A model generated the notes under the pieces. The model was not told where the DNA came from. It saw nothing but the letters and a program-made list of their open reading frames with translations, and did not search any database. From IMG/VR virus record IMGVR_UViG_3300027734_003164, positions 1 to 64,000 of that record: a stretch of DNA of 64,000 bases; one strand, written 5' to 3'. Both the position numbers and the translations under genes were made by a program. Source of the stretch: a virus. Lineage: Duplodnaviria > Caudoviricetes. Positions 46,770-54,010 of the stretch are shown here, one piece after another (positions within the stretch are counted from its first letter, which is position 1; every line of letters starts with the position of its first letter).

Positions 46770-46913
46770 ATGTTTGTATTTAAAAGAATTTTGGTCAACC
46801 ACTCGCGTCCCACCAATTTATTGTATCAAACTTTCTGTAGTTCAAACGATTAAATCTCCTACTACTCATTTTCAACTCACTTGCCTAAGCCTTGTCCGTT
46901 GTAAATTCTTTTG

Positions 46914-46988
46914 TGGTATGGGAGTGGAATCGAACCACCGGCACAGGAATTTTCCGTTTCCTTGCTCTACCTACTGAGCTACCACACC
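46914..46988 (-). tRNA. Atypical tRNA-Phe(GAA)-like with 8-nt anticodon loop lacking U33
   Basis: GGTGTGG/CCATACC acceptor; AGGAA-ACGGAAAA-TTCCT; extra C between T-stem and acceptor. Confidence 0.6.
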
Positions 46989-47096
46989 AATTATTTGTAA
47001 TTAGTAGTTGATACACACTCTCGTTTCACCATCTTGTATCAACAGGTTAATGCACTTTACGAGTTTCCCTTTTCTTACAATCACAATATTTTTAAA

Positions 47097-47105
47097 TCAA
47101 AGAAC
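47097..47105 (-). promoter_or_regulatory. boxA-like antitermination motif GTTCTTTGA
   Basis: Lies in the leader of the tRNA array; identical 9-mer at 54899-54907. Confidence 0.45.
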
Positions 47106-47120
47106 TTTTTTCTCTTGTTG

Positions 47121-47155
47121 TGGGGGTGAGACCACCATCACATTTTCTCACCCCC
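47121..47155 (-). other. Strong 5-prime leader hairpin of the tRNA operon
   Basis: GGGGGTGAGA / TCTCACCCCC 10-bp stem just below TATATTTG (47169-47176). Confidence 0.65.
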
Positions 47156-47168
47156 GTTGTTTGTTATA

Positions 47169-47176
47169 CAAATATA
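47169..47176 (-). promoter_or_regulatory. Bacteroidota-type TATATTTG promoter driving the tRNA/ncRNA array
   Basis: TAnnTTTG consensus; TTTG-like element about 20 nt upstream. Confidence 0.65.
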
Positions 47177-47224
47177 TGTAGTTTATTTTGATTTACCAAA
47201 TCTTTTTTAAACTTTTTTTAAAAT

Positions 47225-47255
47225 AAAAAACCCACCTTTTTTTGAAGATGGGTTT
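47225..47255 (-). terminator. Rho-independent terminator
   Basis: AAACCCATCTT / AAGGTGGGTTT followed by a T run. Confidence 0.75.
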
Positions 47256-47278
47256 CTAAAATATTTCAGATTGTAATA

Positions 47279-47596
47279 TTACATTCTTGAACCTAATCTA
47301 CTTTCTAAGTCTCTTAATTCATCTCTTTTTGATGTATAAGTTCCAAAGGTGTCATCTTCATCGTGTGCGCCATAACCTTTTTTAAGTCTTGCCATAATTG
47401 AACTTGCAACTTCATTTGGTTTTTCAACAATAAACTTAGCTAATGTAATCATTTCGTCATTCCCTTTTTCAGAAAATTCAAAAGTTGCGAATATATCATC
47501 AAGAATGCTATTGATTTCTCTTCTATCGTTTTTGTCTTCTTTGATTACACGTCTAACAATACGTGATAAATCTCTTTCAGTTAATCTATTTCTCAT
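47279..47596 (-). CDS. RLTE-leader hypothetical protein
   Basis: MRNRLTERDLSRIVRRVIKE; TATTTAT at 47612-47618. Confidence 0.75.
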   Translation of the reverse strand: MRNRLTERDLSRIVRRVIKEDKNDRREINSILDDIFATFEFSEKGNDEMITLAKFIVEKPNEVASSIMARLKKGYGAHDEDDTFGTYTSKRDELRDLESRLGSRM

Positions 47597-47636
47597 AATA
47601 ATATTTTTATTATAAATATATCGTTAATTGAAAAAA

Positions 47637-48134
47637 TTATTTAATCTCAAAAGCACATCTCATAATTTTTTTTGTTTTAACCGAATCTTCGAAGTTTCCA
47701 ATAACAACACCATCTTTGATTGTGAATGCGTGTTGTCTGACAAGAACAAAGAATGTTCCTTTAGGGTTTTGTTTGATGAAAGTTCCAACTGTCATTTGTC
47801 TTAATTTGGTTTCTCCTTTAATTGTAACATTATAAGACAAAGAATTAATCAATGTAGAACTTTTTCTAACCCCAACAGGATAAACTTTTTTGTAGTTTAC
47901 AGTCGTTCTATTGTCAGCCATTCTTACAAGTTTACTTACAGTCCCATAAGTTCCTTTTTTTGGTTTTCTACCAAATTTCTCAGCAACGTACTTATGTGCG
48001 TTGTCATATGGAATGTCAAATGCCGATGCAAATGCTCTAACGACGCAGTCGGCTCTTTCTGATTTTGCAATCACAGATTCTGAATAACCTTGGATTGCTT
48101 TTGATGTGGCTTCGTATGGTAGTTTGTTTTTCAT
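47637..48134 (-). CDS. Hypothetical phage protein (possible papain-like Cys/His motif)
   Basis: DCVVRAFA......YD.AH...HAFTIKDGV; TATATTTG at 48139-48146. Confidence 0.6.
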   Translation of the reverse strand: MKNKLPYEATSKAIQGYSESVIAKSERADCVVRAFASAFDIPYDNAHKYVAEKFGRKPKKGTYGTVSKLVRMADNRTTVNYKKVYPVGVRKSSTLINSLSYNVTIKGETKLRQMTVGTFIKQNPKGTFFVLVRQHAFTIKDGVVIGNFEDSVKTKKIMRCAFEIK

Positions 48135-48218
48135 AATACAAATATACGAAAAATATTTAATTCAAAAAAATCTGATAAAATTTTTTATAAAAATGTTTGG
48201 TGGTTTAAATAAAATAAC

Positions 48219-48226
48219 TATCTTTG
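48219..48226 (+). promoter_or_regulatory. Bacteroidota-type promoter TTTG-N19-TATCTTTG
   Basis: TTTG at 48196-48199 and TATCTTTG at 48219-48226. Confidence 0.75.
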
Positions 48227-48265
48227 TATTGTAATCAGTTATTAATCATTTAAAAAATTAAAGTC

Positions 48266-48709
48266 ATGAAAAGTTTGTTTGTAAGTTTCTTGTTTTCCGT
48301 TATTAGTTTTATTTCATTTAGTCAGAGTGTTATTCTTGAATATAAGCAATTTAATTCTTTCACCAGTGATAAAAATTTTAATGTTTTAACACCATCTGAA
48401 GTTTTACAGAACAAAGATATTAAAACTTACCAAAGTGAGTTATGTAATATTAAGTATGAAATTATGATAAATGAAAAAAAGATTTTAATTTTTAATCATG
48501 GGGATTTAGTTGGTTGTGAATATTTGAAATCTTTTGAAAAAACGGATAAAGAAATAAAATTTTCATTTTTAACTCAAGATTGGTATGAAACAGAAAAAAA
48601 ACTTACATCATTTTTGGTAAACCTTAACACACATACAACATTAGTATATAGTAATACCGAAAATGGTTTGGTTGGTCTTATGATAAATAATATGGGAGTT
48701 AGTGAATAA
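48266..48709 (+). CDS. Secreted/periplasmic hypothetical protein
   Basis: Signal peptide ending SFS-Q. Confidence 0.7.
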   Translation: MKSLFVSFLFSVISFISFSQSVILEYKQFNSFTSDKNFNVLTPSEVLQNKDIKTYQSELCNIKYEIMINEKKILIFNHGDLVGCEYLKSFEKTDKEIKFSFLTQDWYETEKKLTSFLVNLNTHTTLVYSNTENGLVGLMINNMGVSE

Positions 48710-48716
48710 CTCCCAT
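48692..48716. terminator. Inverted repeat between convergent genes
   Basis: ATGGGAGTTA-GTGAA-TAACTCCCAT. Confidence 0.7.
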
Positions 48717-48746
48717 TTATATTTTATATATTTATTCAATTAAAAA

Positions 48747-49532
48747 TTATTTACCAATTTGCGCTTTCCAAGTAGACCTTAAACTACCAAGACCGTCACA
48801 AAAATAAGAAACAACACTGTCTGCTAAATTTTTGTTCATTTTAGTCAAATTGGCACTCCTAAAAGCTTGGGAAAAATTTTTGTTCGATGCCACCCTACCA
48901 ATTTGTTCATTGGGTTTAGATTGAAGTACGTTACTCATAACATAGTGGTATGAAGACATATTTGCCGATTTCAAATCATCCAAATCTTTTGTAATTGCAG
49001 CACTATAAGCTCCGTTACAATTAACAGTATAATTTATACTACCGGGAGTAACGTTGGGGTAAGCACTAATACTTAAATCTAATAGGACATAATCTCCACC
49101 ACTAGTTCCAAATTTTATAGATGAAATCGTTGCCTTTACCGGTGTACCTGTAAACTTACTTGCCACTGTATAACTACTACCATAACCAACAGTTAAAAGT
49201 TGGTTTCCTGATGGGTCTGTTACTGAAAATTTTTGCCCTTGGGTAACTGCCGGTCCAGGAGCTGTTGCGGTTTTTGCACTTTTGTCCAAGTTTTCAGGTT
49301 TTATTGCGTTTGTCTTAACCCAATCAATGTCTTGTTGTTTGGTTAACTCAGTCCAAGTTTTACCCTCATCTCTACTAGTGTAGTATTTGTTCCCTTGTAC
49401 TTTATATTTAATTTTACGACCATCACCTTCCCAATTATAAATTGCCTGTTCTGACAAATATTGTCTTGATGTAGCGTTTTGATGCATATTAAGTATTCTA
49501 CTTTTTTCTTCTTCTGAAATTAAAAACTTCAT
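48747..49532 (-). CDS. KFLISEEEK-leader hypothetical protein
   Basis: MKFLISEEEKSRILNMHQNAT; TATTTAT at 49565-49571. Confidence 0.75.
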   Translation of the reverse strand: MKFLISEEEKSRILNMHQNATSRQYLSEQAIYNWEGDGRKIKYKVQGNKYYTSRDEGKTWTELTKQQDIDWVKTNAIKPENLDKSAKTATAPGPAVTQGQKFSVTDPSGNQLLTVGYGSSYTVASKFTGTPVKATISSIKFGTSGGDYVLLDLSISAYPNVTPGSINYTVNCNGAYSAAITKDLDDLKSANMSSYHYVMSNVLQSKPNEQIGRVASNKNFSQAFRSANLTKMNKNLADSVVSYFCDGLGSLRSTWKAQIGK

Positions 49533-49665
49533 AATCATTTTGTTTTATTTTTTATTATTTAAATATAAATATAGAGTTGAATAAAAAAAAAAACTAATAA
49601 AGTTTTTTTTGGTTTAATTTTTATGTGTATATTTGTAGAAATAATCATTTAAAAAAATAAACCTC

Positions 49666-50082
49666 ATGAAAACACTACTTTTAACATTCGGTCTTTTATT
49701 GTCCACTTTAAGTTTTTCTCAAAAAATTATAATTCATGTTTTTGAAAAACAAGAAATGGTTTGTGAAAGAAAAACAACTTTGGATTCTGTCTATTCAAGT
49801 CCTGATTATAGTTATGATGTTGATTCCACTTATACACGTTACGTGTTAGATTTGGATGAAAAAACTTCTACATACTTTGTTAATAATGTAGAAAAAAGTG
49901 TTCTTCCAATTGAATACGAAGATTTTGGTGATGATGTTTTAAAAGTTAGTATTCTTGAATATGGTTTTGATTATGGTTTGTTGGTGAATACAAAAGATGA
50001 ATCCGTAATGTGGTATTGGTTTACTGATTACATGACAACTGTGAAGAAAATTTCAAAGTGTCGTTTTGAAAAAGCCTCTTAA
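49666..50082 (+). CDS. Secreted/periplasmic hypothetical protein
   Basis: Signal peptide ending SFS-Q; TATATTTG at 49628-49635. Confidence 0.7.
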   Translation: MKTLLLTFGLLLSTLSFSQKIIIHVFEKQEMVCERKTTLDSVYSSPDYSYDVDSTYTRYVLDLDEKTSTYFVNNVEKSVLPIEYEDFGDDVLKVSILEYGFDYGLLVNTKDESVMWYWFTDYMTTVKKISKCRFEKAS

Positions 50083-50083
50083 T

Positions 50084-50115
50084 AAAAAAACCCCGTCTTT
50101 TCAGGTGGGGTTTTT
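50084..50115. terminator. Bidirectional terminator
   Basis: AAAAAAACCCC...GGGGTTTTT. Confidence 0.8.
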
Positions 50116-50123
50116 AATTTGTA

Positions 50124-50531
50124 TTATTTTTGACTTGGTGTCGATTTTTTATAATTTTGAACATTATTGTTCATTTCAGTTAATTTAGTTTTTAGTGCGT
50201 CCATGAATTTTTCTGTTTGACCTGCAACCCTAAAGTTTCCTTGTAATCCATTTCCACCCATAAATATTGAAACCATCTCATCAATATTTGTAGAAACGTT
50301 GGAAGTGCCTTTGAGCCCTCTCAGATTTCCGTCTGGCATTTTTGATGCCCCTGTTAAATAAACATAATCTTGATTTGCATCATATCTTATACTAACAGTA
50401 ATATTACCATATGATAATTGGATAGTGGATGGTTTTTTTACTGCGGTATTAGGAGTTGGTGCCTGCTCATTAATAACACGTCTAACAATACGTGCTAAGT
50501 CTGATTCTGTAAGTCTTATAATTCTTTTCAT
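50124..50531 (-). CDS. RLTE-leader hypothetical protein
   Basis: MKRIIRLTESDLARIVRRVINEQ. Confidence 0.75.
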   Translation of the reverse strand: MKRIIRLTESDLARIVRRVINEQAPTPNTAVKKPSTIQLSYGNITVSIRYDANQDYVYLTGASKMPDGNLRGLKGTSNVSTNIDEMVSIFMGGNGLQGNFRVAGQTEKFMDALKTKLTEMNNNVQNYKKSTPSQK

Positions 50532-50555
50532 TTTTTTTGTTTTTTATTTATTTTA

Positions 50556-51092
50556 TTATTTTTGAGTTGGGATATATTCTTTTCCTTTTTTTATTAAAAT
50601 CCCTCCCATGCTTTGAGTTGTTGTATCAGAAAATTTAGTTACAATTCCTGTTGTGTGAATCCCTAATTTTGGTGTTGCTGAACCAACTATCAAAGTTCCT
50701 GTTAAATAAGCGAATCCATCTCCACCTATTACAAATTTTTGAGCCCCAGTTGGTCTTAGTGTTCCTTCACCAGCGGTTCCACCCAATTCTATACTAACCA
50801 ATTTATATGGTAAATAAGATGGGTTTTTAGTTATTTCTTTTACGGTGTCACGACTACTATTATCTAAAATTCGAAAAGTTGTTAGATAATCCGATTTAGC
50901 ATAAGCCTCTTTTGCTGGAACATCTACAGTTGCACCTTGTTGATTTTTTATTTTCTTATAAGGTATAAAAATTTCAGGAGAGTTAGTGCTTTCTTCCATC
51001 AAAAAATGTCTTGATTTTTCTTCAATTATTCTATTTTCCAACATCAAGTTTGATTGTTGCATGTGTCTAATTTTGCTATAACTTCTATTCAT
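50556..51092 (-). CDS. MNRSYSKIRH-leader hypothetical protein
   Basis: Start moved to MNRSYSKIRHMQQSNLMLE; TATTTAT at 51111-51117. Confidence 0.7.
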   Translation of the reverse strand: MNRSYSKIRHMQQSNLMLENRIIEEKSRHFLMEESTNSPEIFIPYKKIKNQQGATVDVPAKEAYAKSDYLTTFRILDNSSRDTVKEITKNPSYLPYKLVSIELGGTAGEGTLRPTGAQKFVIGGDGFAYLTGTLIVGSATPKLGIHTTGIVTKFSDTTTQSMGGILIKKGKEYIPTQK

Positions 51093-51128
51093 AATTTTAT
51101 TATTTAATATATAAATATACCAACAAAC

Positions 51129-51157
51129 AAAAAAAGGTGTTGTTTCCAACACCTTTT
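51129..51157 (-). terminator. Rho-independent terminator after the second tRNA cluster
   Basis: AAAAGGTGTTG-GAAA-CAACACCTTTTTT. Confidence 0.8.
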
Positions 51158-51166
51158 AATTTTGAT

Positions 51167-51236
51167 AAGTCGCAACGGGATTCAAACCTGTGACACGTCC
51201 ATAAATGGATTGCTCTACCAACTGAGCTATGCGACT
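51167..51236 (-). ncRNA. tRNA-like RNA with truncated anticodon arm (no readable anticodon)
   Basis: AGTCGCA/TGCGACT acceptor, GCTC-AGTTGGTA-GAGC D-arm, TCCA-TTTA-TGGA mini-arm, T-loop TTTGAAT. Confidence 0.7.
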
Positions 51237-51261
51237 TATACCATCTATTAACCTACCTTAA

Positions 51262-51387
51262 TTATAATTCATTTAATTCTGAAGATAAAGCTTCTTTTTC
51301 TTCATATTCAAAAAATTCTTTCATGTATTGAAAATAATCTTCTGAGTTAATAAAATCATAATGTTGTTGTTCAAATATTTCTTCCAT
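51262..51387 (-). CDS. 41-aa acidic peptide between tRNAs
   Basis: MEEIFEQQHYDFINSEDYFQYMKEFFEYEEKEALSSELNEL. Confidence 0.55.
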   Translation of the reverse strand: MEEIFEQQHYDFINSEDYFQYMKEFFEYEEKEALSSELNEL

Positions 51388-51403
51388 AATTATTTTTTTT
51401 TTG

Positions 51404-51476
51404 TAGTCCCATCAGGGTTCGAACCTGAAAGATTTCTTTAGAAGAGAAATATGTTATCCAATTACATCATGGGACC
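51404..51476 (-). tRNA. tRNA-Arg(TCT)
   Basis: GGTCCCA/TGGGACT acceptor, TTTCT-CTTCTAA-AGAAA anticodon arm; TATATTTG promoter at 51497-51504. Confidence 0.9.
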
Positions 51477-51521
51477 ATTTCAATTAATTTATATTACAAA
51501 TATATAAAACTTTGTTTAAAT

Positions 51522-51552
51522 AAAAAACCCCCCAATTAAAAAAAGGAGGGTT
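51522..51552 (-). terminator. Rho-independent terminator
   Basis: AACCCTCC / GGGGGGTT followed by a T run. Confidence 0.65.
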
Positions 51553-51572
51553 AATTAAATTTTATTTAATCT

Positions 51573-52163
51573 TTATAACCCAGATTGTGTTTTTTCAACT
51601 GTTTTATTTCCTGTCGCACTTGTCATTTTATATTTACTGTTTTGAACATCACCTTGTTGGTCGTATTTGGTTACTTGTTTATATTTTGAACCATCGTCCG
51701 CAGTACCTTTAGTAACTTGTCTTCCTTTTTTACCTTTAGGATTTAATATCTGACTTACTGCTCTTTTTGCCTCTTCTTCAGTATTATATCCATTCCCACC
51801 ATTTGTGGATAAAAGTGTATTTTCTTTTGGTATACCCATACCGTTGTTTCCCCACGAGCTGGCAACATAGAATTTACCACCAAGGTATGAAGTCAATCCT
51901 TCACCACAAGTATCACCACTAACAGGGAACCATTTCATATAGTTCAGGTTTCCTTGTTTTTCATACCTACATGCGGTTTTATTTAATTTTACGATATATA
52001 TATCTTGACCATAAAAATCATTATCTAAACAATCATTGGGGTTAATACATTTATATGGTCCAGATACTTTTACTGATTGTTCGTTGAGTATGGGTTTTTT
52101 AAATTCTTCATGTAGATTTAAAATTCTTATTTTTTCTTCTTCACTAATAAGAAACTTTCTCAT
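51573..52163 (-). CDS. KFLISEEEK-leader hypothetical protein
   Basis: MRKFLISEEEKIRILNLHEE. Confidence 0.75.
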   Translation of the reverse strand: MRKFLISEEEKIRILNLHEEFKKPILNEQSVKVSGPYKCINPNDCLDNDFYGQDIYIVKLNKTACRYEKQGNLNYMKWFPVSGDTCGEGLTSYLGGKFYVASSWGNNGMGIPKENTLLSTNGGNGYNTEEEAKRAVSQILNPKGKKGRQVTKGTADDGSKYKQVTKYDQQGDVQNSKYKMTSATGNKTVEKTQSGL

Positions 52164-52164
52164 A

Positions 52165-52464
52165 TTACATTCCAATAATTAATTCATCAGGATTAAATCC
52201 TCTTGAGCCTTTAATTTTATCTTCCATTTCATCATACATATATGATTTAACAACAGCCAAAATTGATTGTTCTGATTGAGCAATTTTTGTTTCCATCCAA
52301 TCTTCCAACTGCTCACCTTCTTCCATCATTTCCCACATTTTATGTGCCAACGTTGCAATTGTAAAAAGTTGTTGTTTTGCCATGTAAGAACCTCCTTCAT
52401 GGTTTTCTTTAAGTTGTTTTACAACCTCTTCAAGTTGTTCTTCTGTTATAATGATTCTTCCCAT
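52165..52464 (-). CDS. IIITE-leader hypothetical protein
   Basis: MGRIIITEEQLEEVVKQLKE; YMAKQQL...LEDWMETKIAQ. Confidence 0.75.
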   Translation of the reverse strand: MGRIIITEEQLEEVVKQLKENHEGGSYMAKQQLFTIATLAHKMWEMMEEGEQLEDWMETKIAQSEQSILAVVKSYMYDEMEDKIKGSRGFNPDELIIGM

Positions 52465-52473
52465 ACAATTTTT

Positions 52474-52725
52474 TTATCTCAACTTTCTTTTTAATTCATC
52501 AATTATATTTTCTAACCTTCTAACTTGATGTTTAACCAAATCTTTGGCTTCCTCAATTTTTCTTGAATCCCCTCTTTTTGTTGCGGCATCTAATTCATCT
52601 AAAGAGCCAGATACTCTTCTACATGTCCCTCTGAAATCTTCAGCAACTTGATTTATACTTTCGTTAATTGTTCTTTTAACAATTTTATTTAAATCAGATT
52701 CACTTAGTCTAACTATTTTTTTCAT
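52474..52725 (-). CDS. RLSE-leader hypothetical protein
   Basis: MKKIVRLSESDLNKIVKRTINE. Confidence 0.75.
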   Translation of the reverse strand: MKKIVRLSESDLNKIVKRTINESINQVAEDFRGTCRRVSGSLDELDAATKRGDSRKIEEAKDLVKHQVRRLENIIDELKRKLR

Positions 52726-52746
52726 TTTAATATATTAATTTATTTA

Positions 52747-53115
52747 TCACCAGGTTCTGCAAGCCCAATATCTTGGTTTCCATCTTGGGCCAGGATTATC
52801 GCAATTGTGTCTTGCTCTAAATGAACGTCTCCTTTCAGGATTGTTCTTTTTAATCACCATTCGTTTTCCTTTTGCTGATTTTCCACCAAACCCAAAGTTC
52901 ACTTTAACAACCTTTCCTTTGTCGTTTTTAACGTATACCTTGAACTTTTTGATGTCCCCTTGCATAATCTTACCAAGTTGTACTTTTCGTCCCTGATACT
53001 CCGCCTCATGTAGCAAGTTTATTTCTTCAACATTTCCGTAAATGTCTTCATAAATAAAATCCTGATGGAATGATTCTTCAATTAAAATTTTTTTAATTAT
53101 TGATTCTATATTCAT
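52747..53115 (-). CDS. Basic phage protein with I.K.IL.E leader
   Basis: MNIESIIKKILIEE; EAEYQGRKVQL...KKFKVYV...KVNFG...NPERRRSFRARHNC...RYWAC..W; TATTTAT at 53120-53126. Confidence 0.75.
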   Translation of the reverse strand: MNIESIIKKILIEESFHQDFIYEDIYGNVEEINLLHEAEYQGRKVQLGKIMQGDIKKFKVYVKNDKGKVVKVNFGFGGKSAKGKRMVIKKNNPERRRSFRARHNCDNPGPRWKPRYWACRTW

Positions 53116-53136
53116 AACAATAAATATATCATTAAT

Positions 53137-53163
53137 AAAAAAAGGTGAAGTCTCCTTCACCTT
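53137..53163 (-). terminator. Rho-independent terminator
   Basis: AAGGTGAAGG-AGA-CTTCACCTTTTTT. Confidence 0.75.
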
Positions 53164-53228
53164 AATTTTGGGTCGACACGGTTCGTGCCAACATCTCTCC
53201 ACCACTTTGTTTTTATAGAACAAAGAAA

Positions 53229-53495
53229 CTACCCCTCCAATTTAGATTTTGCAACAACAACTTCAGCCATGGTTATGTCCTTGTTGGTCCCCAAAACTAA
53301 TGACTCTTTTAACATATTAAAGGGAATATGTATCAAGAAATCCTTCCCATTAAAAGTTGAAAAGTCTTCTTTAAGAGTCAGTGATGAGTGAATCATGTTT
53401 AAGAATATTTTAAACTGAATCTCATCAACAAAAGTTTCATTTAACAGTTCCCCGTGCTTAGGGTGAACAAGTAGTATATTTTTAATTGTTGCCAT
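53229..53495 (-). CDS. Hypothetical protein
   Basis: 88-aa ORF; TATATTTG at 53504-53511. Confidence 0.7.
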   Translation of the reverse strand: MATIKNILLVHPKHGELLNETFVDEIQFKIFLNMIHSSLTLKEDFSTFNGKDFLIHIPFNMLKESLVLGTNKDITMAEVVVAKSKLEG

Positions 53496-53528
53496 ATCTT
53501 CTACAAATATAAAAATAATATTTCAATA

Positions 53529-53912
53529 TTACAAATAATTCCAAGTAATTTTTTTAACTACTATTTCATCAATATCTGATATACCAAAATATTTTAATTC
53601 TTCTTTAATTGTTGCGTCGATGAATCTTCTTATGTATCTATTTGCACTTCTAGCGTGATTTTTTTGATATTGAGTTGAGTAAACCCAATAATCACATTTC
53701 ATATCAACAATCACATCAAATTCATAAATGTATTTTTTGTAAGTGCGATACTTGTTATATCCGTCTGAATATTTTCTAATATTTGTTATTTTGACAACAG
53801 TGTTGTTATACTCACTCCATTTATATAAATTAACTAATTTAAAAATGTTTTTACACAAAAATTTTTTGATTAATGATATTTGTTTGTCTTTTACTAATTC
53901 TCTTTTTTCCAT
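53529..53912 (-). CDS. Hypothetical protein
   Basis: 127-aa ORF; TATCTTTG at 53917-53924. Confidence 0.65.
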   Translation of the reverse strand: MEKRELVKDKQISLIKKFLCKNIFKLVNLYKWSEYNNTVVKITNIRKYSDGYNKYRTYKKYIYEFDVIVDMKCDYWVYSTQYQKNHARSANRYIRRFIDATIKEELKYFGISDIDEIVVKKITWNYL

Positions 53913-53944
53913 ACCACAAAGATATATAAAAAAATGAATTGCAC

Positions 53945-53976
53945 AAAAAAATGGATAATAATATTTTACTATCCAT
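53945..53976 (-). terminator. Terminator downstream of the large ncRNA
   Basis: ATGGATAGTAA / TTATTATCCAT followed by a T run. Confidence 0.7.
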
Positions 53977-54010
53977 CAATTTTTTTACCGGTGGCTCCAT
54001 TAAAAAAAAA

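Noticed and set aside
46992-47088. Hammerhead ribozyme-like core (CTCGTA...CTGTTGA...GAAACGAG)
   Set aside because: The core reads CUGUUGA rather than CUGANGA, stems I and II are not formed, and a competing 9-bp helix sequesters the core.
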